A stretch of 64,000 nt of DNA from contig NC_083282.1 of the NCBI RefSeq assembly GCF_963506605.1, positions 62,868,001 through 62,932,000 of the forward strand. The letters are read 5' to 3'. Within the stretch, counting starts at the first letter, position 1. Every line of letters begins with the position of its first letter. The translations under genes and the position numbers were made by a program. This document shows, piece after piece, positions 1 through 13,118 of this stretch. The notes under the pieces are model-generated. The model was not told where the DNA came from. It saw nothing but the letters and a program-made list of their open reading frames with translations, and searched no databases. The DNA is from Zootoca vivipara. Lineage: Eukaryota.

Positions 1-739
1 GTCCATATCGGAAGCCCCCCCCCCCCCCCGCAAATTTCCTGAAGAATAGCTTAAAAACTTATTCTTTTTTTAAAAAAAGATTTTGCAAAGCTCAACAAAG
101 TGTTGTGTCCGGATATATGGCAACCCTATCTTGTTTTCTCTGATCTGCACTTCATCCTATGATGCCTTTTAGAAATATATTGCTTGGGCTAGGCAAAGCC
201 AGCACAAGTAAATCTTAAAGCTTTTACATACAACTCACAGCCTTGTTGGGCTTCTCAGGAGCCTACCAACTCATGAGAAAATAGTTCCTAGTCTTCTTGG
301 TTGCAAATACAGTTGCCAGCACCCGCTCCCACTTCGGCAACAATGATTCTTTTTCCAGGTTCTCCATAAACTACGGAGGTATATTGCAAGAGAAATCCCT
401 CCCATCATGCTGAGGTTTTGACAGAAGCAGTGACTGAGGCATGCACTGCTTCTGTTCTACTTTCAGCAAAATTCCTGCCCAAAGTGAGGTAAGATCCACC
501 CAATTCCCCCTCATCATCGGGCAGCAGACTGTTGGGGGAAATATTTTCCATCACTTTGTGCCCTGCCTTGAAAACTGAAAGAACTGACAGGAATCCTCCT
601 TGCTATTTCCCCAGTGCATGATGTGAAGCGGAAGTAAAGTCTCTTTGCAACAAACAGTGGGGAAAGGAAAAGCATTAAAGGGGCATAAATGTCTTTCAAT
701 TTTTGTAGGGTTGCAAGAAGTGACAGATAAGATCTACCC

Positions 740-1060
740 CAGGGGTTCCCAAACTAAGGCCCGGGGGCCGGATGCGGCTCAATCGCCTTCTAAATCTGGC
801 CTGCGGACAGTCCGGGAATCAACATGTTTTTACATGAGTAGAATGTGTCCTTTTATTTAAAATGCATCTCTGGGTTATTTGTGGGGCCTGCCTGGTGTTT
901 TTACATGAGTAGAATGTGTGCTTTTATTTAAAATGCATCTCTGAGTTATTTGTGGGGCATAGGAATTCGTTCATATTTTTTTTCAAAATATAGTCCGGCC
1001 CCCCACAAGGTCTGAGGGACAGTGGACCGGCCCCCTGCTGAAAAAGTTTGCTGACCCCTG
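740..1060. mobile_element. hAT (Charlie/OposCharlie-like) MITE
   Basis: CAGGGGT...ACCCCTG termini; perfect 8-bp TSD ATCTACCC; internal ~65-bp tandem duplication. Confidence 0.9.
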
Positions 1061-2475
1061 ATCTACCCCACCCTCAAATCCTCTTGTGTATTGCTGCTGC
1101 TGCTGCTAGGAGTAGACATGTTAGACGATTCTTAACAGCTCCTATAAGGAAAGATTTGTGCAGTTATGTCACTCCTAAGCCTTTCAAGGGTAATGTTTTA
1201 GGGACAGTAGTACTTGTGTCTATCAATGAGACTTTTTGAAATGGTTCTTTGAAGACTGGGAATAGAGAATATGGTAAAGCATGCATAACTGTGTAATCCT
1301 AGCCATGTCTACACAGAAATCAGTCCTGCTGAATGCAATGGGACTTACGGCTAGGTAAATGGGGTTAAGATTGCAGCTTAACTTATCACCTAAAGTTCAC
1401 TGCAGAAAAGGGTTTGCACTGTTACATGAAAAAATGAGTTTGCCTCAACCATAACTACTCCCCCCCACCACTTCAATAGTTTAAATAAACTATTTTTAAT
1501 CACAATGGACCTAAGTCGGACCAAGTAAACTAACTCTAGCAAATAATTTCTAAAAGTAATTAACTAACTCTTTTTTAAAAAAAAACAAAAAAAATTGTGG
1601 CACCTTAAAGACTAAAACTGTTATTGCTACCTGCATTTGTTTTATATTTAATTTAGCCCCCTTGGTTGATGAACGGCAAAAGAAATATGATATAAATTTA
1701 TTGTGACATACAGCTTTTATGGACTTGAGTCCACATAGTCAGGTGCCTGAAGGATTTCCTTGAGCTGCTGGTATACACATGCATAGCTTGCCAGTGGGGT
1801 GGGGGGAGAGGAGACTGTAAAATGCAAAAATTAAAAACTGTTACAATGGCATTATTAACAGTGTTTGTGGGAGTGATAAACATTCTGGCACCGGCAATTC
1901 ACGCGGATGAGAATTGGCAATATATTTCTACCGGTATCTCTTTGGATGGATAACTGCACTATTCACTTACTTCTGATTCAATGAGTAGATGATCAAATAA
2001 AACTTTAGATCATATCCAATGACATCAGCAAGCCAATAAAATGTTTTAAATTGTTTCAGTTTCCATGCCAACTCATATATATGTTTTATGAAGTTAAGAG
2101 AATGTTTGAAAAGCACATTTCTCTTTTTTATAGCATTGAGAAAAACAAACAAGGAACATAAAGCACACATGGGAAAGAGAAACATTGTTGTCACTAATGG
2201 GATCTGGCCCAAAATCAAAGATCTGAAAGCAGCAGGCAAGGGGTGACATAACTGGGCTTCTGAGCCCCCCAGAGGTGCTGCAGAAAAAAATGTAGTTGGT
2301 CAAGTAAGCCACAGACTCAAAAAGGTTGAAAATCTCTGTCTTACATCATGAAGTCAGGAGACTGACAGGTGGGTTAACCTACCCACTTGCTGAAGCAGCC
2401 CACGGACGGGGGTGGGGCTAAGAATGTAGCCCACCAGCTGGATCCTATTCCCCACCACTGCTCTAGGCCAGGGGT

Positions 2476-3427
2476 CAGGGTGGATTTGATTTAAATCACC
2501 AGTCAGTAAGGCTTGATTTAAATCATAGTTTTCTACATAAAGACTAATTCTTGCTGGTATAACTTTAATATGCTAGTAGATGAAGATTTTTAGAATAACA
2601 ACTTTTCATATTAGTTTTTTATCCCCCAGTTTAATAGGTTAATCATTCATATTTGGACAACTTTTCTGTTGTACTTAGGAAGGAGAAAAATAATCATTAC
2701 CTTAATAATAACAATTTAAATACTGTACAGTAGATTTATTCAACTGAAACAATAACATTACAGCATATGTTATTTGCTTAAACAAACATCCATGTTTGTT
2801 AACTAATTTGGCTAAACAAAAACAAAATATATATATTTTGAGAAACTTAGACTGTCAGCCCAGCCTACACATGAAAAACTTAAATACTGTCTACTCCAAA
2901 CAATCAGAAAAATATTGTTTCTATTCTGTTCACTGAACTTCTTGAAACTTAGCACTGAAGGGGTTGATTCTGTATTCATAGGTTTGTAGAACAATAGGAT
3001 TAAGGTCTTTTTCTCAACTCTGTTCATGTTATAACATTTTTGCTGTGAAGAAGAGGCATGTGATCTCTGCTGAGTCAAATTCAGTTTTGAGAACTGCAAA
3101 AGTAAACCAAGCATTTGTGATAATATCTTGTAGGCAAAGAAACTGCCCAGTAATCTTACAAAAACCTCTGGAAGAGCATGACATTGTGAATGGATTAATG
3201 GAATTTATTTACCAAAAAAAATTAAACTTATACAACCTTATTCTACATAATTAAAAAACTAATCTCTATTTCATGATGGAATAACCTTTGGATGGTAATA
3301 TATTTTCCTCAAAAAGCATTTTATTTATAAAAATCGATTTAAATAAAAAAAATCCGATTTAAATTTTAAAAATCCGATTTTTTTGATTTTTTTTTTAAAA
3401 AAAATTCATTGATTTTTATCCACCCTG
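2476..3427. mobile_element. Non-autonomous hAT element (952 bp)
   Basis: TIR CAGGGTGGAT/ATCCACCCTG; subterminal GATTTAAAT repeats; perfect 8-bp TSD CCAGGGGT. Confidence 0.9.
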
Positions 3428-3520
3428 CCAGGGGTTATCAACGGTTAGTGGGTAGGACAGCTGGGTGGGGGAAATCACATCTGGCAACCCATGCACCCCT
3501 TTGGTTTCAGATAGTACATG

Positions 3521-3842
3521 GGTAAAAAGGTAAAGAGACCTCTGACCATTAGGTCCAGTCACAGATGACTCTGGGGTTGCGGCACTCATCTCACTTTACT
3601 GGCTGAGGGAGCCGGCATACAGCTTCCGGGTCATGTGCCCAGCATGACTAGGCCGTTTCTGGCAAACCAGAGCAGCGCACAGAACCGCCGTTTACCTTCC
3701 CACCAGAGCGGTACCTATTTATCTACTTGCACTTTGACGTGCTTTCCAACTTTGCCTACAAGCTCACCCCATCACGGGGATTCGAACCCTGACCTTCTGA
3801 TCGGCAAACCCTAAGCTCTGTGGTTTAGACGACAGCGCCACT
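3521..3842 (-). mobile_element. Sauria SINE
   Basis: (ACCTTT)-type tail and body homologous to the copy at 36301-36657. Confidence 0.85.
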
Positions 3843-3942
3843 CGTACACCGCATACATGGGTGGATGAGTCTAAAAAGCCTGGGACACAATTTTTCACTG
3901 CTTTCTAGAGGCTATGGTGGCTCATCTACTAGAAATAATGTA

Positions 3943-4680
3943 CAGTGGTGCCTCGCTAGACAAATTTAATTCGTTCCAGGACTCAATTCGTCCTACGAAA
4001 AATTCGTCTAGCGAGTCCTGGTTTCCCATAGGAATGCATTGAAACTTAATCAATACGTTCCTATGGGCTGCGGGGGACTGGTGGCGGGGAAGGCAGGCAG
4101 GCAGGCAGGCAGGCGCTTGCTCTCTTGCCTGCCTGCTTTCCCCAGCCAAGAGAGCTGTGTGCCAGACGGCGGGGGGGGAAGCGGGGGAACGGATCGTTCC
4201 TCCGCTTCCCCCCCCCGCCCGACAGAGCCGGCGGGCACTGCTTGCCGGGGCTTGTTAAGCAACGCCCACCGCACTTCGGCGCCAGGGGATGGAGCCAAAG
4301 CGCGGCGGGCGCTGCTTGAAGCCCCGGCAAGCAGCCGCCGCTCTTCAGATCCGTCCCCTGGAGCCGAAGAGCGGCGGGTGCTGCTTGCCGGGGCTTGTCA
4401 ACCCTGGCAAGCAGCGCCCGCCGCTCTTTGGCTCTGTCCCCCAGCTGTGTGACAGGCGGGGTGGGGGAAAGGCGGAGGAACAATACATTCCTCCACCTTT
4501 TCCCCACCCCGCCTGTCACACAGCCGGGATCAGACGAGGCTTCTCAAGCCCCGTCAGGTCCCCGCTGTGTTGGGCGGGGTGGGGGGAAAGCAGAGGAAAG
4601 ATCCTCCGCTTTCCCCCCACCCCGCCTGTCACAGAGCGGGGATCGGACGAGGCTTCTCAAGCCCCGTCAGATCCCCGCTT
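3943..4680. mobile_element. Tc1/mariner (Tigger-like) non-autonomous element with GC-rich internal palindromic repeats; right end not found
   Basis: TA-CAGTGGTGCCTCG left terminus followed by CpG-rich repeated units. Confidence 0.65.
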
Positions 4681-4928
4681 ATGCAGAATCTTTAGAGTGT
4701 GCAATGGATTAATGGTGTTAAGCCCTCAACTAATGCAGTCAAATTTCTGTATTAGCACCTATTCAACTATCTTGCATTCCAAACTGAAGGCCACCATCTT
4801 AGCCCTGTCCTTCACTGTGCTAGCAACAGTAACTCCCCAACATACACACTGCACAGGCACATGTGGGAACAGGAACTGATTAAAAAGAGAAGCTGATACA
4901 AAGTTGGAGTGGAGAAAGTAAAGAAGTA

Positions 4929-5181
4929 CAGTGGACGCTCAGGTTGCGAACGTGATCCGTGCAGGAGGCACGTTCTCAACCCGCAGCGTTCGCAACCCGC
5001 ATCTGCGCACGCACAGGTCGCGATTCAGCGCTTCTGCGCATGCACAAAGTGTGGTTTTGGGCTTCTGCACATGCGCACACGCCGAAACCCGGAAGTAACC
5101 CATTCCAGTACTTTTGGGTTCAGCGTGGAGCGCAACCCGAAAAGACGCAACCTGAAGCGGCTGTAACCTGAGGTATGACTA
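4929..5181. mobile_element. Tigger-like MITE
   Basis: TA-CAGTGG...GAGGTATGACT-TA ends; related to 30057-30295. Confidence 0.8.
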
Positions 5182-5775
5182 TATAGAGGAAACAACAAGC
5201 CACTCAGATTCATGTGAATGCAAGGGCACGCTAAGAAAGAAGGAAGAGGAAAGCAGCAGGAATGACTGGACTGAAAAGGGGAAATGTCAGAGGTGTTGCT
5301 GCACATTCTGGCCCTTCCCTGTCATACAACCTAACTCTTGCCATCATATCAAGTCCTCCTTCTAAGCCAGGAAGTCTCTCCTGATCAACTCCAAGGCAAC
5401 AACTCTTTTAATAGTACCTCAAGCTTCATCCAGTCACTACTTTTTGGAAGACTTCCTTTAGGTTACTCCTACCGGTATAACATGTTCCTTTATAAAAGTT
5501 AACCAACATACATCAGAAAAAAATAATAACATTGCACACATGGTTTTAGTAACCATCTTCCATAAGTTATTAGTTTTCTTACATGTTTACTATACAATGT
5601 ATAAAATCTTATTTGACTGCATTTTGTCATTGTCACCATCATTTTGTATTCTAAAGTATTATAGATCTTACGTGGCTTCCGAGCTGCAGTATACCACTGT
5701 GAAACTTATCTTAAAATAAATCACTATTGCATGATAATTCTCAAAACTCTGAACCCAAACAGCTTTTCCTAACTG

Positions 5776-6348
5776 CCGTATTTTACGCTCCAGAGGATGC
5801 ACTTTTTCCCTCCCAAAAAGGAAGGGAAAAAGTCGGTGCGTCCTATGGAGAGAAGGCAAGAGCCAGAGCCAGAGCCTTCCTTCCTCCCCCCCTCTCTCTT
5901 TCACCCCTTCCTTCCTTGTCTCTCTCTCTCTCTCTCTCTCTCACTCACCCCTTCCTTCCCTCCCTCCCTCTTCCAACTTGAATAAAATATGGGGGGGGGC
6001 AGGTAAACCCCACCTCACATACCGTATCAGCCTTTCTCAACCTGTGGGTCCCCAGATGTTGTTGAACTACAACTCCTATCACCCCTAGCTAGCAAGGCCA
6101 GAACTCAGGGATGATGGGAGTTGAGGGATGATTGCATGCACACTATATGAATGGCAATGCCCATCAACATGGGGGCAATGACTTCCTCAAATATTTAATG
6201 AGGGGCAGGGGCAAAAGGCACCTAGGCCTTTAGGAGTTGGCTGCTATGCCTAGGACAATTCAAGGAAGCAATTTTTTTCCTTGTTTTCCTCCTCTAAAAA
6301 CTAGGTGCATCCTATGGTCAGGTGCATCTTATGGAGCGAATAATACGG
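5776..6348. mobile_element. Mariner-type MITE containing a CT microsatellite and a nested hAT/URR1-like fragment (~6028-6125)
   Basis: Termini CCGTATTTTACGCTC / GAGCGAATAATACGG-TA. Confidence 0.65.
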
Positions 6349-9199
6349 TATCTTTTGACACTTCTTTAGTGGCTTTTTCTACCATCATTTCCCAGATCAG
6401 TGGGGTGTGTGCCATGTGCAGACATGATGGGCAGCAAAACTGGGGCAAGTAATTTAATAATGAAGAAGATGCCCTAGCTGTACAACAAAATTGTGCCAGC
6501 CACAAGTCTATTAGTGAAGAGACAGTGTGGAGGCTTCAGAAACAAAAGAGAGACCTCATGCAGGTTCGTGTGGAAGGAGATGCCTCCTTAGGAGTTAGTC
6601 CATCTCAAAAGGTTGCTGCAATGATAAAATAGGCCAGGAGACAACCTCCCTCCCTTGAACTTGTTATATTAAAAGGATTATTTCACTAGATGTAGCCTTG
6701 GGCTTAATGTTTAGCCTTAGATGTAATTGGGAGATGACTATCTCTGAGTATGTGGCCTCATTATTAAGGAACATCGTGCACAGATCTGGTATGAGAGAGT
6801 TTCTGCTCTGATGAACATGTTCTCAGTCCCAAAACTTCTTTCTGAAGAAATGTTCTCATCCCCACTCCCCTTCATTTAATGCCTCTTTCCCTAGTTATTT
6901 CCACTTTGGTATCTTTCACTGAGTCCAAACACTATGATAGAAAAATGGAACAGATGAAAGGAATGCTTTCCTGAAGCACTTTTGAACAGAGACAGCCCTG
7001 GTATATCTCAAAGGGGAAGTATGCCTCCATAGATGCTATGCAGCCACTTCTTTAAAGCAGAGCATTTGTGTACGGCACGGTTTTTAAAAATAATAATAAT
7101 AATTGATGCACCTATGAAGCACTGAGTTTGTTACAGGTTTTAATGATAGCATAACAATAGCAAGAGTTCTAATTAATCCCTAGAGAAATTGTAATTATGT
7201 TTATAACAACTATTTCTTAGCAAGGCTGCCAATTATTTACTACTCACATTTCTTACATAACAGCAACTGTGCTCTGAAGCTGCAACTATTGTCTTAGTCA
7301 ACTATAAAGTTCACTGAGTGATCTTAGGCAGGTCACTATTTCTCATTCAAGCATTTATCACAGGTTGTGGTGAAGATACAATGGAACAGCGCCCAACCGG
7401 TGTTCGAAATTAGCCTGACTATAGACCACTTGGGACCAAGTGAAGATGCCCAGGTGCCAGGATGGTGTCCGACATCTCCGCATCTGGAGGTGTATGCCTG
7501 CAGATCATTGGATCTTGACTGTTTTCACACACTAATACCACATCCTGCAGAATTCTATCAGTTATATTTTATCTGCACAATCAGAATGAATTTCAGGAAC
7601 CAAAATGCTTTTTCTGTGCAGCCTGAGGAGCAGTGAACAACATTACTATATAGTTAATTGTTGTCACTTGTCTTCACTTACCCCACTGTCCTGCTCACAG
7701 CTGTGAAGAATATTCTTAGGTTATGAATGGTCTGTGTCACCATTAAGAAAAAGAAGTAGGAATAGACCAATATATACCGTATGTGTGCTGTCCCTGGATA
7801 AAGTAACTCAAATTTCTTAACTTTGCTCAAGGTTGTCATACAACTAGCCAGATGTTTAACTGAGAATCAATCACAGTTAGTCCATCATTTAAAAAAATAA
7901 GACTTTATAGTCTTGCCCCCAAATGACAACTAGATATTTTGTTTATATTGTAATCTTGGTTTAAGGAACCATTTGGTGCCTAGCTTATAAATCTGAGTTT
8001 CTAATACAGTCCCCAGTACACCATGCCCCTCAAGCTCCTTGGAGAGCAACAAAAATAAAAATTAAAAAATAGACAAATGTTAAATAGGAAAGTAGTTGGT
8101 GGAATCATTGCAATATTGGACATGAGTATTAGGCATCTTTGGGAGACAAGCATTGCTGAAAAGTCGGGTATATACAATAAATAAAATTATTAGAGTTTAC
8201 CACTGGCCCTATCCATCTCATAAGAAATTGATTCAGTCTCTCCCATAAATTCCAGGCTCATGTCTTTGACACCACAGTTCTATTTATTGATTGATTTACT
8301 GGAATTGATTTGAATTAATTTATATAATCCCCTTCATCAAAAGATATTGGGGCAGTACACAAATGCTTATAGTTTTTGAGTGCTTCTAAAGTGTAAGGAG
8401 AAAAGGAATAGTCAACATGACAGCCAGGTTTTGGACCTTTAATCATCTATACAGTTTTACTTGGAAGTAAGCCTTACTGAGCTCAATGGGGGCCACTCCC
8501 AGGTAGAGGGGAGCAATTTTGAATTTGCTGCAATCCTATACCCACATTGAAAACATACATTTGATTGTTTGTTTGGTTTGCAAGTCAAAGCAGAAAACAA
8601 ACAAATGTCACAGTATTGTGGGATAGGAAAGGATATATTTTTTAATTTAAAAAAACTAAAAACTAAACAAACCTCATCAATTTAGTTCTTTATTCTTTAA
8701 CCATCTAACCACAGAAGAACTATTTTTATACTCATTACTAGTAAGGATGAGATTAACAGTGCAATCTTGTATACATCTGCTCAGCAGTCAATGGAATGTA
8801 CTCCCAAGTAAATTTGTACAAGACTGGATCCTAAAGAAATATAACAGGGTTGCTTTAATTCATAGTACCGTATGTGTAGGAATGTGAGGTAGTATAACTT
8901 TGTGTGATCTGGCAATTTGAGGAGACTTATTTGCAAGGCAGGATTAAGCACATGAGATATTTTATCACATAATGCTGTTACATTATCCTGGTAACCAGTA
9001 ACTGCAAAAAGGTGGCTTAACATTTCATAATGAAACCATAGGAAGATAATTTTTTGTATGCAATGAACAAAAGGAAGAACAATTGTATTATTCTTTGTAC
9101 TAGTTTCAAAATGTGATAGCTACGTGTGGATTAGAAATCATTTCCCCAAACCTTCAATGTTAAGACTGGGGGGAAAACTCCACTTTATTGCATTCAGTC

Positions 9200-9340
9200 A
9201 GCAGAAAACGAGGTACCAGAACTCCCCATGTGGGTGAAAAAGAGGTGCCAGAACTCTCTCGTTCTCTTAGAATGGCAATGGTGCTCACCTGAGAGGTGCC
9301 AGAACTGAGTTCCTGGGAGTTCCCTCGGGAAAAAAGCCCT
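9200..9340. mobile_element. Degenerate Harbinger-like MITE (similar copy ~29707-29840)
   Basis: GAACTC/GAGTTC internal inverted motifs and an AAAAAAGCCCT terminus. Confidence 0.45.
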
Positions 9341-9379
9341 AACCGTCTGATTTCTGGTCCAGTTTTGGCACTGAAACAG

Positions 9380-10670
9380 CCTTGGTCACCGTGATGGCCT
9401 TTATCAGGAGAGAGAGGGAGTGAAAATCTGTTGGTACTCCCTTTACTTCTCAGTGGCTTTTGACACCATTGGCCATGGTGTCCTTCTGAAGAAACTTGAG
9501 GTGGAAGTTTGAGGCACTGAATTATGCTGGTCCCACTCATGCCTGCAGGGACACTATGCAGAGAGTAGCATTCGGATATTGTTGCTCAGCCCTGTAGCTT
9601 TTGAACGGTGAGGACTTGCAAGGATCCATTCTGCCTCCTATGCTATTTAACACCTAAATTAAACTGCTGAGAGCTGTCATCTGCAGATTCTGAGCATGGT
9701 ATCTTTGGTATGCTGATGACACGCATTTCCAGTTCTCAATTCTATTGGAATAAGGAGACACTATGAATGTATTATACAGATGTCTGGAGACACTTATGGA
9801 CTGGATGGAGGCCGATAAACTGAGCCTGAATCTTGTTAAGATAGAAGATCATGAGTAGGTGATTCCCAAGTCCTGAAGTTAGGTGTAGGACCTGTTCTGG
9901 GAGAAGCTGCACTCCTGTTGAAGAAACAGGTTTGTAGTCTGGGAGTACACCTGGATTCTAACTTGTCACTAGAGTCTTGTTTGGCTTCTGTGGTTATGAA
10001 TGCTCATGCCCAGCTTTGTTGTGATATGTTAACTACAGCTGTTTCTACACCAGGATAGCTTGGTCTCAGTTTTCCATGCTCTGGTGACCTCCCATCTGGA
10101 CTATTGTAATATACTGTATATGGGGTTGCCCTTGAAGATTTATGAAAGGTGCAGTTAGCACAGAATGTGGCTGCTAGGTTGTTAAAAGCAGTAGTCCAAT
10201 GGGACCAAGTGTCACCAGTCCTGAAAGTGTCACCAGCTGCCAGTGAGCTACTGGGTCCAAGTAACATAGTTAGTTGTATCAAGGCCTAAGCAGGTTAGAA
10301 GCCAAGTATCTAAAAGAGCATGTTCCCCTGTATCAGCCATGTAAGATCCTACGATTGGGAGGTAAGGCTTTGTGCTACTACTTGTTCCTGTCTGGTTGGC
10401 ACTCACCTGTGATAAAGCCTTTTCTGTTCTAGCCCCCCATGGTGACTGAGGTGCATTTGCCTTCATTATTACTGACTTTCCGGAGGAAGTCTAAAACATT
10501 CCTGTTTCCCCAGATATTTGGTGGCTAAAAATATTTGTTCCTGGCAACCCTGAGATCATTGTTTGAATGTTTTGCTTTTCATTTTAACTGATAAAAGTTG
10601 TTTTACTGTGATTTTTGCCATCCTGGGCTCCTTCAGGAAGAAGAGCGGGTAAATTGCATAAATAAAATCA
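9380..10670 (+). mobile_element. Old degenerate L2 LINE (RT region to 3' end)
   Basis: Decayed AFDT (GCTTTTGACACC), YADD (TATGCTGATGAC) and LDYCN (CTGGACTATTGTAAT) motifs in correct order. Confidence 0.75.
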
Positions 10671-11116
10671 ATCCAGAACACAAACACAGACGGCACTAGG
10701 AGAGAACTTTAGAAAAAAAGGAGATGTAAAAAAGGGGGGAAGTGATTACGGTACTTCTCCAGTTCTCACTTGATTTTCATGCCCTTCGCCAAGAAGGAAA
10801 GGCACAAGACTGACCACTACTATTGTTGCCGTTCCCTATCTACTTGTGCCACTCTCAGCTGCCATCACAGCGCTGTGCTTTCTCAACTGAGAATACACAG
10901 CAAGTCCCTCTGTTGGCTGCAATCCTGCCCCAGCAGGCAAGGGTGAGAAGAAAGCACAGTGAGGAATATAACAGCCAAATGCCCCTTGCTGTATTTCCCT
11001 TTGCCAAGCAGAGACAAAGGGGCTTTTACTTTGCTGCCTTCACCCCTTTTTCTCCTGGGGAGGAGGAGAGGTGGAGAGAGACAGCGTAGTAGTAGCAGTA
11101 GTAGTAATTTTATTTA

Positions 11117-11281
11117 CTGTATTTTTCCGTCTATAAGACGCCCCCATGTATAAGACGCCCCCTATTTTGGGGGACTCAGATTTAAGAAAATGGGGGGGTG
11201 TATCCATGTATAAGATGCCCCCTAATTTTTAACATTATTTTTTAGGAAAAAGAACCTAGTCTTATACACAGAAAAATACGA
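11117..11281. mobile_element. Mariner-type MITE
   Basis: CTGTATTTTTCCGTCTATAAGAC / GTCTTATACACAGAAAAATACG inverted termini. Confidence 0.75.
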
Positions 11282-11759
11282 CATATGGGTTGGCCCAGTC
11301 ACTCTGGCCGATTTCCAACAATATATTAAACACATATAGTTGCAAGGGAAAAGTCAAGAGATCTGAGCCATGGTGGACAACTGTACTCAAATACTTGTTT
11401 GCAAGTGAAGTGACAGCATTCACACAATAAAGAAAAACACAATAAGAACATTTCTGAAAACTATGTAACACCAAAAATTATGGCAGCTAGTTTTACTAGT
11501 TTATTACTTTTGACAACACCAAAAGTAGCTACCCCATCCAAAGAGACGGTTGTGAAACATGTAATATGCACAGTAGGGCCCATGAATAAACACTGAACAC
11601 ATTTTATTATTTCTACATAACTATGCTTAGAAGGACAGCATAAACATGTTGCTTTAAGTACCGCAATGTAAAGCTAATATAGAGCAGATCATATTCTGTG
11701 CACTACTTCCAGAATATTTAATTAAATGGCTTTAACTTAGCAAGCATCCCTACCAAGTA

Positions 11760-12090
11760 CAGTGGTACCTCAGTTTACAGTTTACAAACACAATTGGTTC
11801 CGGAAGTCTGTACTTAACCTGAAGCAAACTTTCCCATTGAAAGTAATGGAAAGTGGATTAATCTGTTCCAGACGGGTCCACGGAGTACTCAACCTGAAGC
11901 GTAGTTAACCCGAGGAATGAGTGTAATTGGTTCCGGAAGTTCATACTTAACCTGAAGCGTACTTAACCTGAAGCGAACTTTCCCATTGGGGAAAGTAATG
12001 GAAATTGGATTAATCTGTTCCAGACAGGTCCGCGGAATACTTAAACTGAAAATACTCAAACCGAGGCGTACTTAAACGGAGGTATGACTG
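11760..12090 (+). mobile_element. Tigger-like MITE with internal tandem units
   Basis: TA-flanked CAGTGGTACCTC...GACTG; same family as 12702 and 15465 copies. Confidence 0.85.
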
Positions 12091-12701
12091 TAATACATGC
12101 CACATTGTAAAAAGCAAAGGGCTCTCTCTACAAGAGACTCTGCCATGCTATGCCTTTATGGCCTAACTATTTCACCATTCACACTACAGCTTGTTGCACC
12201 TGAAAGTGGGCAGTCACAACTACAGAACTGTCTGCTTCTGGGAAAAACCCCATTATAAAGCAGAACCTGGCATCTTGCAAGCAGCACCCCAGTCCAATTA
12301 CACACACACACAAAATATATTTCAGTCGTTTTAGCCTTATTGTTTATCACTTCTATCAAGAATTTTTAAGCCCTTTAAGCCCTTGCTCAAATCTTTAAAA
12401 TTCTACAAATCTGTTGTTAAATGCTGGCTAAATCAGCCTCAAATTTATCCAACGAGAGCACTGAACCACAGACAGAACCAAGAATTAGATAAGCCAATTC
12501 ATTTTGAAGGATTACTACAGCTTTAATGACTAGCTTATACTAAACTTCTCCTGAAAAAACCACAGATGTATGGCTCATTTGAATACTCATATGAACAGAA
12601 GAAAACACAGTGTGTTTATTCAGCGAACGTAACCAACAGCTTTCCAAAAATAGATCTGCTCCATACTCAACTGAACTGGACAAGACCACCTTGACAAACT
12701 A

Positions 12702-13118
12702 CAGTGGAACCTCGGGTTATGAACACCTCGGTTTATGAATTTTCGGTTTATGAACTCCGCGGACCCATCTGGAACGGATTAATTCACTTTCCATTACTTT
12801 TAATGGGAAAGTTTGCTTCAGTTTATGAACGCTTCAGTTTATGAACAGACTTCCGGAACCAATTACACCCATGTTTCAGTTTATGAACGCTTCAGGTTGA
12901 GTAGTCCGCGGACCCGTCTGGAACGGATTAATCCACTTTCCATTACTTTCAATGGGAAAGTTCGCTTCAGTTTATGAACAGTTACTCTGCGGACCGTCTG
13001 GAACGGATTAATCCACTTTCCATTACTTTCAATGGGAAAGTTCGCTTCAGTTTATGAACGCTTCAGTTTATGAACAGACTTCCGGAACCAATTGTGTTCA
13101 TAAACCGAGGTACCACTG
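12702..13118 (-). mobile_element. Tigger-like MITE (inverted relative to 11760 and 15465 copies)
   Basis: TA TSD; CAGTGGAACCTCGG / CCGAGGTACCACTG TIRs. Confidence 0.9.

Noticed and set aside
4039-4879. Cluster of 100-196 aa ORFs
   Set aside because: Products of GC-rich repeats inside a non-autonomous transposon.
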